64,000 nt of DNA from the human T2T-CHM13v2.0 reference genome, Homo sapiens: the NCBI RefSeq assembly GCF_009914755.1, contig NC_060927.1. One strand, written 5' to 3'. Within the stretch, counting starts at the first letter, position 1, and every line of letters begins with the position of its first letter. Of this stretch, positions 12,696-25,761 are shown piece by piece. The notes under the pieces were generated by a model that worked only from the letters and a program-made list of their open reading frames with translations, searched no databases and was not told where the DNA came from. The translations under genes and the position numbers were made by a program.

Positions 12696-13599
12696 CTCCC
12701 TGAACACATAGTGTTTTACTCTATTTTCTACTTTAGTTTTCAGCAACATGGACATCCAGAAGTAAACAATACATCTATAGAATTACCTGAAATACTCTCC
12801 TTCGTCCTCAAGCACTGGTGCCCTTAAATCCAGCTGCAGCCTCTTCCAGGTTCCTGACCCTTTCTCATTGCCTCCCAGCAGGAGGTGGAACAGTCTGTCA
12901 TAATGCATAAACATGATTTGACTGTGGGGAGGGGGCAGATCTTGCTACCCTAGAAGAATTTCCCAGGATACCTGTCCAAAAAGCTAAAAACAGAATAACT
13001 CCAGAAAAGAAGATGTCCTAGCCTTATGCAAAGGGAACAATTTTCACGAATCAACTAAATTAACACTGACTTGGGAATGCTACCAAGTCTAACAAAGCAG
13101 ATGCCACCTCTCCTCTGAAGGCCCTTGGAGTTCAAAGGAGATGCTACAGCAAGGGGGATCCATGAAGCCAGGGAGAGATTCTGTCAAACCTAATGAAGCC
13201 ACTCTCCAGTTTTGCTAATCACACCCCTTACACCGCCTCCAGTATGAAAGTTTCTACCGAAGGACGACACAGCATGATGCAAAACAAAATCGCCTCATTC
13301 TCCTGAAAATGACCAGTACCAGGCACATAGCAGGCCCTCAGCATACGGTCATTCATTCACAATCATCACTTCCTTTACTCTATGAAATCATAATCACAGT
13401 GTTTGCTAGGAGCTTACTGAAAAATAAGATTTGTGCTGAGCGTATTCACTATTTCTATTTAGCAAATGACCCAATTGAAGTTAAGGGAGTTTCCTGGAGT
13501 CATACAGCTAGGAAGAAACAGAGTTGAGATTTTTAAGCCAGAAAGATTATTTGAGAGACTGTGCTTTAACTTCCTCACATAGAGCCTTATTACTGATTT

Positions 13600-14000
13600 T
13601 TCCCCAATGTTCTATTATTAAAATTTCCAATCACATAGAAATGTCAAATGACTAGTAAATATCCACATATAACCTAGATCTACAACTGTTCACATTTTGT
13701 ACATGTGCTTTGTCACATCTCTCAATCCAGCACAACCCATCTTATTTTTTCATGCAATTCAGAGTAAGTTCCGTGCATCAGTACAGTTAAACTCTTCAGT
13801 ATCCATATCAGTTATTAGAGTTTAAAAATATTAGAGTTTAAAAATATTAATTTATAATAAACATTAAGAACCAAATAAGGTACAGTTCCTTTGGGGAAGA
13901 GGTAAAATTTAATTTCAGTGAAATACCCAAATCTCATGTGTACCAATCAATAAGTTTTAACAAATGCATATACTTGTATGACTCAATTCCCAAATCAATA
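13600..14000 (-). mobile_element. Old L1M 3'-end fragments
   Basis: Resembles reversed L1MC/L1ME 3'UTR. Confidence 0.5.
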
Positions 14001-15658
14001 AATCTATTATTGTTTCTGAGAACATATTACAAGAGTATCCTTAGGACAAATGAGCGAAAATATTGACAATAGGGATCACAAGTCTCTTCCTAAATACTTA
14101 CTGAGACTAAGCATAACAAAATATTTAATTTATACACCTTAGCACAAAGCGCAATGTCCAATGCCTGGCCTACAAGAGGCACCCAACAGGTATGAGACTA
14201 TCCAAAGGCGTATAAAAAAGGAATCAGCTTCCCCCATTACCACTTCCAAATCAGAATACTGCTTGAAACACTCCTAAATCAGTCACAGTCAATTATATGC
14301 AAAATACTGAGTTCAAATGGGAATTTTTTTTAAGCCATGAACATAGTAACTCTTTAGAAATAGAAACAATTCATTATTTATATATAAGTTTTTTATAGTA
14401 ATGATGTTGTGTAAGCTCAGTGGAAATTATCAAAAATAGCTGCATCCACAAGTTTCCTTGCACCACGCTTGCCCAAGTATTTCTGTGTGGCTCTTCCATT
14501 TTCAACAAGGGATTGAATTTTCCTGGAAATACTTGCAACCTCCAGAAAAGCCAGGATGATACCTGGAGCTTAAGACTGATACTTAAGCAATGAAGTGACG
14601 AAAACGACTATCTTTAACCAAAAGCTTTTCTACGCTATCAATGTCACTGTCACCTGCCTGAAGCTTAACATCATGGGACTCCAGACTTTTGATAAGCCTG
14701 CAGGATTTTTGAAAGGAAACCACCAGAAAGTACTTAGAAGATAAAAGCCAAAACATATCTGTGGTACAAACTAGAGTACATTACTTTTTGCAAACTTTAG
14801 AAAATATAGACACAAATGTCTAAACAAAGTCTGAAATGATATTAATATAAAGCCCACATCAACAGTGGTTATCTATAGGGAATAGGGGTTGATCTTTACC
14901 TCCTTCTTTATAGTTTTGTTATAATCTGCGTTCTTTACAATGACTATTTATAATGAGAGAAAAACTATTTTCAAATTTAAATAAAAGATGTTTCTTTGAC
15001 CTGGTAAGAGGAGTAACAGTACATTGTTATGAGGGGGAAAAGCTTAGCATAGTGCAAAATATATACCACTAAATATATGTACATATACAAATCTATAACT
15101 GAGGATAAATCTGGAATGAAATATGCCAAGATATTAACTCTGATTACTGGTAGAGAAAGGTTGTAATGGATAAATTTTTTCTTTTTTTTTTAAACTGCAA
15201 ATTTGCTACAAGGAACGTATATTGTATCTGCAAATGGGGAAAATGACAGTTATTTTTAAATAAGCTTATTACGTATTAGATTAAATCAGCTGCCTGAGAT
15301 GTGTACACAGACACCATTCAGCTCTACTGGGCTTAAACCACTTCTTCATTTCATGGGAGGAGTGACTCAAAATAAAGTAACGGGCAAAATTGACACTTCT
15401 GAATTCAGCTGCTAATCCTCTGATTGAACACCAGCCGTATTCTTCCCTGGGCCTGGGGCACATACATCTGCACTTGCCAGAATTAGCTGACCTGCTCCAT
15501 GCGGGTAACATGATTGGTCTCTGTGAGACTCAGGCCACATTACTGCATCTCAAGTCATTGACTCCTTTCGTGAAGCAGAAAGGGGTGATGCACTCTCTTG
15601 AGGTGTCCCCCAACACCAACATCTAAGATCTATAAACAGGATTGTTAACACATCTTCC

Positions 15659-15955
15659 TTTTTTTTGTTTTTTCTTTTTTCCTTGAGACAGGGTCTCACT
15701 CTATCACCCAGGCTGGGGTACAGTGAAATGATCATGGCTCACTGCAGCCTCGAACTCCCGGGTTCAAGTGATCCTCCCTCAGCCTCCCAAGTAACTGGGA
15801 GTAGCTGAGAACACAAGTGCACACCACCATGCCTGGAAATTTTTTTTGTTTTTTATAGAGATGGGGTTTTGCCATGTGGTCCAGGCTGGCCTCAAACTCC
15901 TGGACTTAAGCCTCCCAAGTGCTGGGGTTATAGGTGTCAGCCATCACACCCAGCC
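15659..15955 (-). mobile_element. AluJ
   Basis: Poly(T) followed by gagacagggtctcactct...ccagcc. Confidence 0.92.
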
Positions 15956-16044
15956 AAACCGTCTCCTTTCTGTGTACATCTGTCTTACCAAGTTTACCAT
16001 CTGTCTTAAATTTCTCCTAAAGAAGATACCTTACCAGAGATAAT

Positions 16045-16330
16045 TAGGTGCAGTGGATAAGTTCATGAGCTGCAGGCCAGATGGCCTTGGATTAGAACTC
16101 ACGCTTTGTCCCCTTCTAGGGGTCTGAGCGGCTTTGGCCAAGTGAATAGAGCCTTGATTTTCTTATCTACAAAATGAAGCTGATAATAAAAGTGCTTACG
16201 TTTAAGAGTTACTATGAGTATTAAACGGGGGGTGGGGGCAGGGGCGGCGGCAGAAATGCATGGAAAATACTTAACACAATACTTGGTGTATACTGGCTTA
16301 TACTTATACATATCAAGTAAATGGTAGATG
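16045..16330 (+). mobile_element. MIR with a G-rich insert
   Basis: MIR core (ttttcttatctacaaaatgaag...tattaaa...aatgcatggaaaatacttaacaca). Confidence 0.7.
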
Positions 16331-17059
16331 ATAATGATAAATATGTTGCCTATTGGGCAAAATAATTTTTGTAATAAGTAATCTATTACTGACTTTTGCC
16401 AAGTGTTAAGAATATATAAAACACTCACGTCTTGTATTTTTTGCAAGTATTCAGAAATAAGTAAAATGTGCTCATGGTTGATGAGATGGTTGATGAGACA
16501 GTACAAAGTTAAAAAGGGTTAGATGCCTTCAAAAGCTGCCCAAATTCTAAAGACATTTAGTACTGCCCTGCCACCTTCTGATGGACTAATGCTTTTATGT
16601 GTAAAATGAGTACCTCTGGATCCTTGATAGGATTCGCCTGCTACAAATGCACACCATGTTTTTATTTATGTTTTGATAGTTTGTTTTGACCCAAGGCCTG
16701 TGTCTTGTCTTGCTTTTCGATAGTCTCCCTTTTGATATCCATGGCTGCCGCTAGTGCTGGTGGCCTTGGAAATCCACCACATTTTCTGGCAGAGAACACA
16801 ACACTTGATTCCGTCTGGAGCTGCTCAACTTTGGGCCTCATTAGCAGGCTGAGGCTTATATCAGCACAGCACATCCCTCCCCCAACATCGATGCAGGGAC
16901 TGATCCAGCCCTGTGGCAGCCTGGGAGGGAGGGAAAATGAGCTGGGAAGCAACCAGACACTGAAGCTTGGCTGGCGTTTTGTGGAGCAGAGTGAGCATAC
17001 ACAGCTATCTGTCCTTCAGTGCCATTACTGATGTTGCCATTATTGTTACTATAATGGTT

Positions 17060-17260
17060 GGGACTGTTGTTCTGTGTCTTAAGGAGACCACATACTCACC
17101 ACTGGCTATGCACCAGGAGCTATTCAAAGGACATTACAAACCTCACCTCGTTTATCTTCACAGCAGTCCTCTACATGAGGAAACTTAAGAAATAAAGTCA
17201 CTTGCCCAATATCACACAGCTGTCAACTCCAGAGCACAAGATCCAGCCAGAGCTGAAACC
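17060..17260 (-). mobile_element. MIR
   Basis: atgaggaaactt...aagtcacttgcccaatatcacacagct. Confidence 0.65.
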
Positions 17261-17460
17261 TTATCCACACCACCTTAGTATGGTGCTAAGAGGCCACCCA
17301 CAACTCTCACCTATTCAAGCTCAGGTGAATATAAGAAGTTGGTGGGAACATGATGTGACAGTGGTCAGCAAGAAGCCACGCCACCCAGTATCAAATATGA
17401 CCAGAACTCCTGATGATGGCTTCTGGGGAAACTGACTGTCAATTAAAATGGAGAAAACAC

Positions 17461-17529
17461 TTGCACTCCAGCCTGGGCAACAGAGCAAAACTCCATCTCA
17501 AAAAAAAAAAAAAAAAAAAGAAAAAAGAA
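17461..17529 (+). mobile_element. Severely 5'-truncated Alu (~40 nt plus A tail)
   Basis: tgcactccagcctgggcaacagagc...A tail; 16-bp TSD AAAATGG(A/G)GAAAACAC at 17445-17460 and 17530-17545. Confidence 0.92.
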
Positions 17530-17899
17530 AAAATGGGGAAAACACAATGACCCAATAATAGCAAAACAAAAACCTTTCCTTTCAAGCTATATGAAAGGCT
17601 GTGCCCATCACGTATCTCACATGTATTAATGGCTTCAAGGACAATTCCTTTTACTGTCTATTTAACCAAACATTTTTGTGACTTAATATACCAAATTATA
17701 ATAAAACAAGGCCCACTCTATTGGTGTATTCATGTAGTACTTTTATTATGCATGTAAAAAAAGACAGTAGTCTGAATTGATGAGGTACAAAAGTCAGAGA
17801 GCAATTCTGCAAAGTAAAGGCAATACTGGCTGGTCTTAACTTCTCTGCAACACTGTTACTGCAGACATGGATGTCTATAACATAGGAATACGAGAACGT

Positions 17900-18140
17900 G
17901 GATTTGAGTTCAGTAGTCTAGCATTAGATTTTGTGGATTGCCATTCCAGTTCAACTCTTTCTACTTAGCTGTGTAAAACTGGATAAGTCACTTAACCTCC
18001 ATAAACCTCAGTTTCTTCATCTGCAAAACAGAGTATAACAATAAATATCTCATGGTTTATTGGGAGAATTCAAGGATGCAATCTATGTAAAGACTTTGCA
18101 CAATGTCTGGCAACATTTCAAGTGACTGATAAATGTAAAC
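17900..18140 (+). mobile_element. MIR
   Basis: aagtcacttaacctc...cctcagtttcttcatctgcaaaa core. Confidence 0.8.
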
Positions 18141-19907
18141 TACTGTGTGTTTTATACCTTAAATTATCTGATTTGGCCCCAAATCATTTGTAAGCTATTT
18201 CAGCAGTCTCATCATCTTTCTTTAAAAAATGCAACTGTTGTCTGAACACCTGTTAGGTGATAAGAAATATACTGAATGCTTTGTATGTGTATTACTTCTA
18301 ATCCACCCACTAATCACATAATTTAGAAATTATTGTCATCAATTAATTGTTAAAAACACCAGAATTCAACAGACAGTAAGACAGCCCATGCTTTTTCTAT
18401 GACATCTCCCATCCCAACCAAGAAGTGGATATGAATGTTATCTTGCTGCCCAGGGCATCGAGATCAGGTACTGAAGGCTGACAATCCCTAATCTTGCCAT
18501 CTTAGCCCAGACAATGACACTAGAAATTAGCTTTGGCATCCAATGTGGCATCCAGCCCCTGTGAAGACAGCACTCTTGTCCACCACAGATCTTCCATCAT
18601 GGCCACTGCAGCAGGGAATTGTTCCCTTTGTCCATGGTGGCTTTGCCACAAAGGGTCCACTTGTGGTCTTCAGTTAAATATTTGCTTTAATAAAGTGACA
18701 AATGTTTAAAACTTCATCTTTTTTGTAGCCTTTGAGTTCAACTTGCAAATCTTATCATTCTACTTATAAGCTGAAAATTATAAGTTTAAAATGTAATTCA
18801 CTTTCAAGGGGGCTTTTGGACTTAAATAATTCAAGTTAGATACACTAAACTCCCTTAAGTAATCAGTATCATTTACAAATTTAATTTAATTTTTAATTTT
18901 TCTTAAACATTTTAAACTGCATTTACAAACTCATTATACCCATTTTCTTTTCTTAAAGTACTTCAATTTCTGACCTGGAAAGCAAAATCTACTAAGTATT
19001 AAATTGCACCAGTAACTCCCTAACAAATTAAAATAAAAGATTCCATATACTTTAAAAGCATTGCAATATTGTTTATAATCTTTGTCAAAAACTTTATCTT
19101 TCAACATAAAAATTACAAGAGTAATGGTAACTACTCAACTAAACATAGAAAGTAGAATCAATATCTACTTTGTCAGTTACTTTAATATTCCGAGTTATCT
19201 TAAACAGTAGAAACACATCAACTAAAAAATGTACGCAGATTACTAATAATTGATAAGCATTAATTATCATGGGTTTCAGAAATTTTATCATGTTTACTAA
19301 ATTCTAAACCTTCCTTGGGTTAAAAGTAACATAACCAGTAACTAAATACTTTTGAATCCCATGTCATAGACAAGGTCACAACTCTAAGGAGCTGGGGTAG
19401 CCCTCTCGGTCGGGGTAGGTGTGATTTTTTGCATGCTCTTGATAGCCAGGTTGGAGCTATCTTTACCAGTTGCCAAGACAAATGGGAAGCCCCATACAGA
19501 GTGATCTCAAAGATGGCATCCCGGGGTTCCCTCAGGATGTGCTACTACATGTTTTTACCAAATTCTGTCTGATTTTGGCAGAGAGAAGTCAGCTACCCTC
19601 TGTAAGGCTAAAGCTATTACATTTACTTAACCATGTGAATGTTGTTTTGTTGGAGTGTTGTTGTTGTTGTTAGGAATTTCAGTTGCTTTCTAATTGCCTG
19701 AGAACCTTGATGTCATGCAATAGAATTCTTTACACTCAGCTGTAATTCTTACAAACTTCTATAAATTGTGTCACTTGATTTAGGGAGATTTAAATTCAAA
19801 CCCCTCACTGTAACCTCAATAAATTTGGTGCTACACTCCTTTATGAATTTCTTTACTGCCTGACTGAATTCAGAATTATTTTCATTTCCTTCTTGTCTAG
19901 AAGGGGC

Positions 19908-20185
19908 AATATTAGTTATAATTCGGTTTGGCTGTTAAGGGACCAAAAAATTAAAATAATACGTTGAAAACTTTACATAAGAGAGAGAAGTTTCTGTTTC
20001 TCTCACATGAAGTCCCAAGGTGAGTTATAGGGCTGGAGTTGCAATTTCATAATGATCACAGTTCGTCAACATATGGCTTCCACTTCATGGTCATACTGGC
20101 TACCAGTAGCCATAATAAAATCACACGCCCACAACTAGTTACAAGGGAGGTTGGGAAATAATTTATTCCAGGTAGCCATATATTC
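19908..20185 (-). mobile_element. Old MLT1 (J/K-like) LTR fragment
   Basis: Resembles reversed MLT1 termini. Confidence 0.5.
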
Positions 20186-20449
20186 AGTGAAAAAGTGACA
20201 GGTCCCCTAGTACGTGAGGACAAGTGCTGAGGGGTAGAAGAAGTGTTGTGAAGATACTGGCAGCATGCATACTGGAGATCAAGTACCCAGGCACTGAGGG
20301 ATGTTGGGGAGCTTCCTCACAAAGACACGGTAGTAGCATATCTGACAGCACCCCAAAACTGAAGATGTTGGAGAGCACGGGGGTTGTGGGCAGAAGAGAC
20401 AGAACAGCTGGGAAACTGATCACACTGATTAATAACAGTAAATTAAGGA

Positions 20450-21850
20450 AATAATATATAGAGGATGAGAGCAAGTTTCTTGCTGTTGGAGGAACTTCCA
20501 AATATGGAAAGGTAGGAGGCTAGAAAGAACCCTGAGATTTAGGAATGAAATTGGAAGTATCAATATAAACCCAATATTTTTGGTAACACAGGTAGACAAA
20601 TAAATGGTTGCAGATGCATGTTTATGTATGTAAATGTACATAGGGAGGGTAAAATGAATGTGTATATTTTATACTCATATATATTTGTGTGTATACTTAC
20701 ATATACATATATGTGTGTTTGTGTATGTCTATACACACATACTACCTCCTGAGATGGCCTAAAAGCAGTAATGCCTCAACAGTAATGATCACAAACAAGT
20801 GCCCAGATCTTAGTTTCTAAATACAATCTTTCCCAAAAACAACCAGGGTTTCTTAGAGAAATGGCTGATACCAGGGCTGGGACAAAAAAGGGATAAGTTG
20901 ACATTGAGATATCTTGTGCCATAAAGTAAGGAAGTGGTTAAAGAAATGATGAAGCCATGTCAAAAAGGCTTAGAAATGAAAGACAATCCACTGAATAAAA
21001 CAAGAATTCGTAAGTCTTTGATGATATAAATAAGGTAGAAGAACAGGCTCTTCCTTATACTAAAATACCAACCAGCAAATGATGGAAATGAGAATACCAA
21101 TTGACAACCCCATGAAAGCCAAGACTGGTGGGTGGAAGGTAGACAAGGACCATGATATTGGCATAATCTCAGAACATCTCCCCACAAAATTCAAATCACT
21201 TACAAAGGAAAAATGTCAAATCTAAGGTGGAGAAACCTGGCATGTACCAATGTGAACAGAGTGGGACAGGCCATGTGCCTTCTGATGGGACATATATAAA
21301 CACTTGACTATCATTTCTATGGCATTTTCCCCGAGTGGGGGACCTGATTCTGGCCATGTGGAGACACTGGATGGATCCAGGTTGAGAGACGTTCTAAACA
21401 GAAAAAGACCTGACTTTTTTTTAAAACTATCAAAGACTAGAAAGACAGGGAAAGATCAAAGAAATGTTCCAGAGTAGAAGAGATCCAATAGACATGATAA
21501 CTAAATGTGACATGTGTTCCTGACTGAAATCCTGGGTCAGAAAAGAAGGACAATCGCCACTGGGATAGCTGGTGACCTTTCAGTGGGCTTTGTGTCCTGG
21601 GGGGCAGCAGTGCATCAACACTGTTTCCTGACTTGGAGGGCTGAATGCTGATGGTGTAGGAGAGTGTTTTCACTATTTAGGAAATACATACCCACAATGT
21701 TTAGCAGAAATGCAGTATCACGTTTGTAGCTTCCTCTCAAATGCTAACGGTTGAGGAATCAGGATGAAAATGATATGGGAGATGTCTATATTGTACTTGG
21801 AATTTTTCCCTAAGCTTGAATTTATTTCAAAATAGAGAATTAAATTTTTA
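20450..21850 (+). mobile_element. L1MC/L1MD-type 3' region with TA/TG-rich microsatellite
   Basis: gtgcccagatcttagtttctaaatac, gagaaacctggc and 3'-terminal motifs typical of L1MC/MD. Confidence 0.7.
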
Positions 21851-23002
21851 AAATATCAAGGCTCTATTATTCAGGAAGAGCGGGAGCCCTGAGAGACAGC
21901 TAGTGGTGTCTGCTGGTCAAGCCACAAAACATCCTACTGTATCTGCATATATTTCTTGGCTTTGTTCAGCTCTAAAGTCACAGACCTTCTTCCCATTGTC
22001 TCTGCTGCAGTTTTTTGCTATAACACCATTATCTCCTTCCCACTAGCCCATCAATGAGATCCCAACCTGCTTTATGTACAAACCAGTAAGAGTTACCAAG
22101 GACAACATGTTTTGGGGCCGGATAACAAGATGTTTTTAACATCACAGTTTCTGCGCTGCATTTAAGAGCTGTTGGACACAATTCTGCCCTGAGGCAGAAA
22201 TTGAGCAGGAATAGAAGAATGGAAATAACACAAGTAAAAAAACTGGAGAACAGGCAACATGGGGAGTATGAGATAACATAAATCGTAAAGTAGAAAACAG
22301 AAATGAGAGCAGGTTTCAGAGACATAGGCTTGGACTGCCTTTCTACCATGCACAAGACCACCTGTCGCTAGCATGATGACTAGTGTTTATTCCAAAAGTC
22401 TGGTCAATGAATCTCCCAACTAGAATTCTAGACATGTTTCTTTTAAGTATAACTTAATGTTTGCAGACTTCTCCCTCACTGGAAGAGGAATAAAGGATAG
22501 GAAGAATCTCCTTCCTAGTATCAAATGCATGCAACTCTACCTCTACAATACTCAGGTGACATTTTAAGAAATACTAATATCACATATTACATAGACGTAA
22601 CATGGCTCTTAGCATCAATTTGAGATGAACAGAGATCGTTCTGATGTTTCTAATGAAGAGAATAACCTTTTTGCTCCTTTTCATATTCAAATTTATATTC
22701 CATAAACATTTATTGAATTCCTACCACGTCCTGACCACCAAGGTGAATAAAACAGCCAGTGCCCTCACTGAGCCCAAGGAGACAGACCCATAAACTAACA
22801 AATTTCATAAAAAGCACAGATGACATCAAATTATTTGTTCACTATTTCTGGGCTTACCAAATGAAGTTGCAGACCTCATGTTTTTATTTGAACTTACTTT
22901 ATTCTGTTATAAGGTTAGGAACCACATTAGGGAAACTGAACACAAACTAGCTGTAGTCTTTATCATTTAAATATATAGAGCTGTATGATATATCACTGAA
23001 AT

Positions 23003-23174
23003 CAGTGGTTTCCATGGTCCATGGCTGAGCGGCATCAGAATCACTTGTAGTGCATCTTAATAATTGAGAAATCCAAAGCAAATGAATCAAAATCCCAGGA
23101 ATTAGATTCAGAGTTCAGTGTTTCTAAGAGTTCCACAGAGGGTTTTGATGCACAGGCAAGTTTGGGCACCCCTG
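23003..23174. mobile_element. MER5-like hAT-Charlie MITE
   Basis: cagtggtt...gcatcagaatcac...aagtttgggcacccctg. Confidence 0.65.
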
Positions 23175-24590
23175 AAAAATCACTGTCACTGATTCTACCA
23201 AGAGTGACCTTAGGCTTGCAGAACACTAGTTTGCAAAATAACAATCAGTCCCTTGGCTGTGAAATTCACAAGACTGCTGATTAATTCATTTGAATATGAT
23301 TAAACTGCTTCCCTCTACCCTGGGTTTGTGAATGGTGAGGAACTGAAACGTTTGCTGCACCATCCATTATTAATGCTCTTCCCTTCCAAAGCCTGTCCCT
23401 TTGACCTCTGTTTATTCCGGCTTGTCTCCTATATGAGTTTATAGTTACTTATTATTATGTGCAATTACATCATGCTGAGTGTGAGGACACCCCACAAGCT
23501 GTTAGCTATATTAACTTAATAATAGATTTCAGGGTGTGATTTCCAATTAATTTCATTTTCCATATGCACATGCAGCTCCATGGAAAGCCAAAATTATAGA
23601 GTAGCCATATGGTGCCTCATAAGAAACAATTAAAACTAATTTTCTATTCTTTGACACCAAAAAAAAAAAAAAAAATACGGTTTACATGCCACAGAGAAAA
23701 TTGAAATTTGAACAGCCTCGGTAGCTCTCTAGAAAGAAGATGCCCCACTTTCCACATTTGTGGCATGGATATTCCAGTTTCTTGCTTGGCCGTGGTGGAC
23801 TATGGTCCCACCTGGCTTGTAGTACATTTGATTCCTCACTGTTCTTACCCTGCTGGACTGTCTTAGAGCAGCTGTGAGAAAGTGCTGGGCTTTCTGTTTC
23901 ACAAGAGTGAGTTGAGTTGAAAAGAATAGTTTGTCTCCTTCAGAAACAGATGATTTCCGGTAATAGAAATTTCCTACTGATCCGTTTCCAAAAGGCAGTA
24001 TCTGAAACACTGGGGCAATCTGCCCAAGCCAAGGAGAAAAATAAGCAGTTCCACTAAAAGCAGATGATGATTGTTAAGCAATAATGTAACTGTCCAAGGC
24101 TGAGGAGGGCTGGAGAAAGGGTCGCTCCCCTGGAAACTCAGGCTGGTTTGTTAACCAGATCAATGATCCTTTTACCCTTACCATATGGTATAATTTTGTT
24201 AATTCCCAAGGGCCCTATTTTATTAAAATCATCAGCTGGGAGGTTAAAAAATAAAAAATGAAACATATCAAGACCCTATTCAAGATAAGCAGTGTGACAA
24301 AAAATAAAAATCCTTGATTTTATTAGTCTTTCATATAGGTTTCAACTCTTAAAACTATCAAGTTTTTATGTGGGAGCAAATAATATCACAATGTATTAAT
24401 AGATTTACTCTAAAGAATACCTTAACTACGTTGCTGAAAACATGACTAAATCTCATTATTTTTTATTTTATGACAAATCCCTTCTACAGCTAACATACGT
24501 GCACAAGGGTGGCAGAAGGAACCATGAGAAGGTAGAGTAAGAGGTCAGAGGTCTTTTTCGATTGTAGTATGAACGAGTAAGAAAACTACC

Positions 24591-24961
24591 TGTATTAGTC
24601 TGTTTTCACAATGCTATAAATATACTACCTGAGACTGGGTAATTTATAAAGGAAAGAGGTTTAACTGACTCACTGTTCCGCATGGCTGGGGAGGTCTCAG
24701 GAAACTTACAATCATGGCAGAAGGTGAAGGAGAAGCAAATACCTTCTTCACAAGGTAGCAGGAGAGAGAGATAGCACAAGGAAGTGCCACACTTTAAAAC
24801 CATCAGATCTTGTGAGAACTCACTCACCATCATGAGAACAGCATAGGGGAAACCACCGCCATGATCCAATCACCTCCCACCAAATTCCTCCCTCCATACA
24901 GGGAGGGGACTCCAATTCGGATTTCAATGCAAGATGAAATATTGGTGAGGACAGAGCCAGA
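24591..24961 (-). mobile_element. THE1D-like solo LTR
   Basis: tgtattagtc start; CTACC on both sides; a few terminal bases missing. Confidence 0.9.
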
Positions 24962-25080
24962 CTACCATCTATATGTTTACTGTAAAGAAAAAAATAAAAT
25001 TATCAGAGGTGAAACTTTGTGAAACTGACATCAAAATTTTTACCAATAAAAATTATAATGGCAGAGAATTTTTCACAGAG

Positions 25081-25380
25081 AATTTTCAGGGCAATAAAAC
25101 TACTCTGTATAATGCTATAAGGACAAATATATATAATTAGACATTTGTCCAAACCCATAGAATGTACAACACCAAGAGTAAACCCTAATGTAAATTATGA
25201 ACTTGGACTGATGATGTGTCAATGTAGGTTCATCAATCGTAATGAATGTACCATGCTGGTGGGGGATGTTGGTATTGGGGGAGGCTGTGCAGTTGTCGGG
25301 GGAGGGGTATATGGGAACTCTGTACCTTCCTCTCAATTTTGTTATGAACCTAAAACTTCTCTAAAAAATTAAATCTTTAA
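25081..25380 (+). mobile_element. L1MC/L1MD 3' end
   Basis: aaacccatagaatgtacaacaccaagagtaaaccctaatgtaaa...gaacctaaaact. Confidence 0.85.
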
Positions 25381-25425
25381 AATATATCTATATAATGGCT
25401 ACAAGGAAGAAAAACTCTAAGTCCA

Positions 25426-25761
25426 TGTTAGGAGTTGAACTGTGTCTCAGGACCTCTGAAAATTCAGTTGTTGAAGTCCTAATCCCCAGAAACTGAGAAT
25501 GTGATCTTATTTGGAGATTGAGTTGTTGAAGATGCAGTTAGCTAAAATGGCATCATTAGGGTAGGCCATAATCCAATACAATAGTATCTTTTAAAAAATG
25601 AGAAATTTGGGAGACTCTGCTTCACAGCCTCAGAAGGGCCAACCCTGCCACCACCTTGAGCAGGGACTTCTAACCTCCAGAACCATGAAACAATCAATTT
25701 CTGTTGTTCAGGTCACCCAGTTTGTGCTACTTTGCTATGGCAGCCCTAGGAAATAAATATA
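25426..25761 (+). mobile_element. MLT1B/C-like solo LTR
   Basis: gaatgtgatcttatttggag...gcagccctaggaaa. Confidence 0.8.

Noticed and set aside
12966-12990. 12-nt microexon (12972-12983, minus) with U12-like donor GTATCCT
   Set aside because: The donor continues GGG rather than TT, it is weak as a U2 donor, and the tract is short
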